Shown: positions 60,980 to 64,000 of the stretch, piece after piece
Position numbering within the stretch: position 1 is the first letter of the stretch
Layout: each line of letters begins with the position of its first letter
Source of the DNA: Macrostomum lignano
Taxonomy: Eukaryota
Assembly (NCBI GenBank): GCA_002269645.1
Contig: NIVC01001054.1
Coordinates: 268,656 to 332,655 of the forward strand
Direction of reading: 5' to 3'
Length of the DNA stretch: 64,000 nucleotides
Notes under the pieces: generated by a model
Told to the model about the DNA's origin: nothing
The model's database searches: none
The model's input: only the letters and a program-made list of their open reading frames with translations
Program-made: the position numbers and the translations under genes

Positions 60980-63425
60980 ATGTCTGCAACAGCACAGCCG
61001 GCAGCAGCAGCAGCGGTCAATGGCTCAGTCTCCAGGGCCGGCAAAGCCCAGCTCACATTCGTCATGGGCAGCCAGTGGGTGACGAAGGCAAAGGCAAACT
61101 GGTTGATTGGCTGGCAGCCAAGGAGTCGGTGAAGATCGTCTGCCGCTGCCAGGCGGCAACAATGCGGGCCATACCGTCATAGTAGACGGAGTCACCTACG
61201 ACTTCCACCTGCTGCCCTCCGGAGTGGTTCACCCAGGCGTACTGGGTGTCATCGGTCACGGCGTGGTCATTCACGTGCCCGACCTGTTCGGCGAGATCGG
61301 CAAAGCGGCCGCCAAAGGCTTGGGCGACATCGAACAGCGGCTGCTGATCAGCGACCGCGCCCACCTGGTGTTCAACTTTCACCAGATTGTCGACGGCCTG
61401 CAGGAGGGCGGCGTCGCTGGCGGGGCCGGCAATCGCTTGGGCACCACCAGGAAGGGCATTGGGCCAACCTACAGCAGCAAGATGCAGCGGAATGGGATTC
61501 GAGTCTGTGACCTTATGGGCGATTGGGCGGCGTTCGAGGTCAAGTATAAAACCCTGCTCAAGTACACGGCAGATCGGTACGCTGAGCGCCTGCGAGATGC
61601 TCACGCTGCCGATGCTGAGCTGAGCACCCTGAAACAGCTCAGGGAGCGGCTTAGACCGATGGTCAAGGATACTGTGCTGTACCTTAATAAGCAGATGATG
61701 AATCCCAACTGTCACATTCTTGTTGAGGTGAGCGAGAATTCCTGAAGCCATAATTGATGAAAATTGACCCAATTACAAATACTGGCATTCTCCTGATTCC
61801 TAAAATAGGGTACTGTATCAAATCACAAATCAAAGGTGATTTCCTTGACCTTAATTCAACTCTCATAGCATTCCCCATTCTAAAAATAGAGTTTACACCC
61901 TAAAGAGTAGAGGATTCTCCGATCTAATAATATGGGGATTCCTGTTCCAAAAATAGCTGGTCTAATGGATTCTCCTATCTAAGAATAGGGATTCCCCTCT
62001 CCAAGAATAGGGAATTCCTAATTCCAAAAATACTCTCAGCATTCTAAATCATCGGGAATCCCATCAAATCACGGAATCCAATAATTATATAGATAAGGTC
62101 GGGCCTTGACTCCACAATTTGCAGGGCGCCCAGAGCTCCATGCTGGACATCGATGTTGGCACCTATCCGTACGTGACCAGCTCGAACTGCAGTGTTGGCG
62201 GCCTCTGCACCGGGCTGGGCGTCCCGCCTCACCTGGTCACCAGCGTCTACGGCGTGGTGAAGGCCTACACGACCAGGGTGGGGGCTGGCGGATTTCCCAC
62301 CGAGCTCACGAATGACATCTGCGAGCAGCTGCAGGTGAGGAAGTGGATTAGCTAACACATTTATAGGGGATTATCTATCAAATATAAAAGGGTTTATCTA
62401 ACAGATTAAGGTTTAAAATATAAAAGATTTAAAGCGGATTATCTAAGAAATTTTAGTTTAAAATCTAACAAAGTTAAAGTGGACTATCTAATAGATTTAA
62501 TAGGGATTATCTGACAGGTTTTAAAGTGGATTATCTAAAAGCTTTAAGTTAAAAATCACTGATTTAAAGTGGATTATCTAAAGAGTTAAGTTTAAAATTA
62601 CAGATTTAAAGCGGATTATCTAAAGAGTTAAGTTTAAAATCACTGATTTAAAGTGGATTATCTAAAGAGTTAAGTTTAAAATCACTGATTTAAAGTGGAT
62701 TATCTAAAGAGTTAAGTTTAAAATCACTGATTTAAAGTAAATTATCTAACAGATTTAAAGCGGATTATCTAACAGATTTAAAGCGGATTATCCAGAGTTT
62801 GAGAAATCATGCTCACTGTGCATCGACTGACTAATCAGCTTGCTATGCTACAAATTCTGTCTGCACCTCTGACCATCCCAGGCATCGGCCGCGAGTTCGG
62901 GGTGACCACCGGTCGCAAGCGCCGCTGCGGTTGGCTTGACGCGCCCATTGTGAAGTACTCGCACATGGTCAACGGATTCAAGGCTGGCCCTCACCAAGCT
63001 GGACGTGTTGGACACATTCGACCAGGTGAAGATCGCGTAGCTTATAAACTCGACGGCAACCAATTGAAGGCGTGCCAGCCCTGGCCGAGGACTTAGCCAG
63101 AGTTGAAGTTGAGTTCGTCACCCTGCCAGGCTGGAAATGCTCCATTGAGCACTGCAGGCAGTTCAGTGACTGCCGCCCGCTGCCAGGGCCTAAACTCGAC
63201 GGCAAAACCAATTGAAGGCGTGCCAGCCCTGGCCGAGGACTTAGCCAGAGTTGAAGTTGAGTTCGTCACCCTGCCAGGCTGGAAATGCTCCATTGAGCAC
63301 TGCAGCAGTTCAGTGACTGCCGCCCGCTGCCAGGGCCTACGTTGAAGCTGTGGAGCTGCACACTGGGTGCCCGTGCTCTGGATTGGCGTGGGCCCGAGTC
63401 GGGACTGCATTGTGGTGCGGGTGAC
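60980..63425 (+). CDS. ADSS: Adenylosuccinate synthetase, frameshifted in this sequence. Exons 60980-61727, 62125-62334, ~62882-63425, including a ~146-bp tandem duplication
   Basis: GSQW(G)[10 protein letters not shown](G)[108 protein letters not shown]. Confidence 0.92.
62350..62795. repeat. Degenerate AT-rich repeat GATTTAAAG(T/C)GGATTATCTAA in ADSS intron 2
   Basis: Direct reading. Confidence 0.8.
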
Positions 63426-63489
63426 CTGCTGCCTGCTGCGGCTCAGGCTGCTGCCTGCTTGCGCTGCTGGATTCACAGCTGACCTGCTC

Positions 63490-64000
63490 ACCTCTCCCTC
63501 TCCTCCTCCTTTTCTCCCTCTCTCCCATCTCCTCTCTCCTCTCACCTCTCCTCTCTCTCACCTATCCTCTCACCTCTCCTCTCCTCACCTCTCACCTATC
63601 TCCTCTCTCCTCTCTCCTCCTCTCTCCTCTTCTCTCTCTCTGCTCCTCTCTCTCTCCCTCTCTCCTCTCATTCTCCTCTCTCCTCTCACTCTCCTCTCCC
63701 TCTCTCCTCTCACTCTCTCCTCTCCTCTCTCTCACTCTCCTCTCTCTCTCTCCTCTCACTCTCTCCTCTCCTCTCCCTCTCTCCTCTCACTCTCTTCTCT
63801 CTCTCCTCTCTCTCTCCTCTCTCTCTCTCCTCTCACTCTCCTCTCCTCTCTCCTCTCTCTCTTCCTCTCATTCTCTCCTATCTCCTCTCCTCTCCTCTCC
63901 CTCTCACTCTCCTCTCCTCTCTCCTCTCCTCTCTCTCTCCTCTCTCTTCTCTCTCCTCTCACTCTCTCCTCTCTCCTCTCCCTCTCTCCTCTCACTCTCT
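63490..64000. repeat. CT-rich low-complexity tract running to the window end
   Basis: Direct reading. Confidence 0.96.

Noticed and set aside
60980-63425. Bacterial purA / horizontal transfer
   Set aside because: It has spliceosomal introns and a eukaryote-type N-terminal extension and motifs ([22 protein letters not shown]).

Overview
This is eukaryotic (animal) genomic DNA, not prokaryotic: it has GT-AG introns, SINEs, LTRs and dense minisatellites. The style resembles a Macrostomum-like flatworm, which is an inference only. Host genes reconstructed by hand: a cGAS-like/Mab-21 nucleotidyltransferase (cGLR, +, 3453-5219), a phospholipid scramblase (+, 9598-11937), DPH7/WDR85 (-, 12204-~16450), an unknown C2H2 zinc-finger gene (-, 19170-20696), CNOT10 (-, 23693-29268), a divergent TRIP4/ASC-1 (+, 49242-54573), an unknown tail-anchored protein (+, 56824-58456) and adenylosuccinate synthetase (+, 60980-~63425, many single-base indels plus an internal tandem duplication). 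Mobile DNA: four LTRs (one solo LTR with a 4-bp TSD, and two diverged relatives that keep the same hairpins), an intron-containing Ginger-type integrase, a DIRS/Ngaro gag-RT-RNaseH relic joined to a LINE endonuclease fragment, two RTE 3' ends, a multi-level nest of TIR elements with exact 8-bp TSDs, a full-length dead mariner and three tRNA-derived SINEs. Most introns are filled by their own private tandem repeat. Most long ORFs in the supplied track are repeat artefacts. The best candidates for new biology are the cGLR with an intact catalytic motif and a long unassigned C-terminal extension, the remodelled TRIP4, the covarying LTR hairpins and the intron-filling minisatellite pattern. All protein family assignments come from motif recognition by eye, not from database searches.
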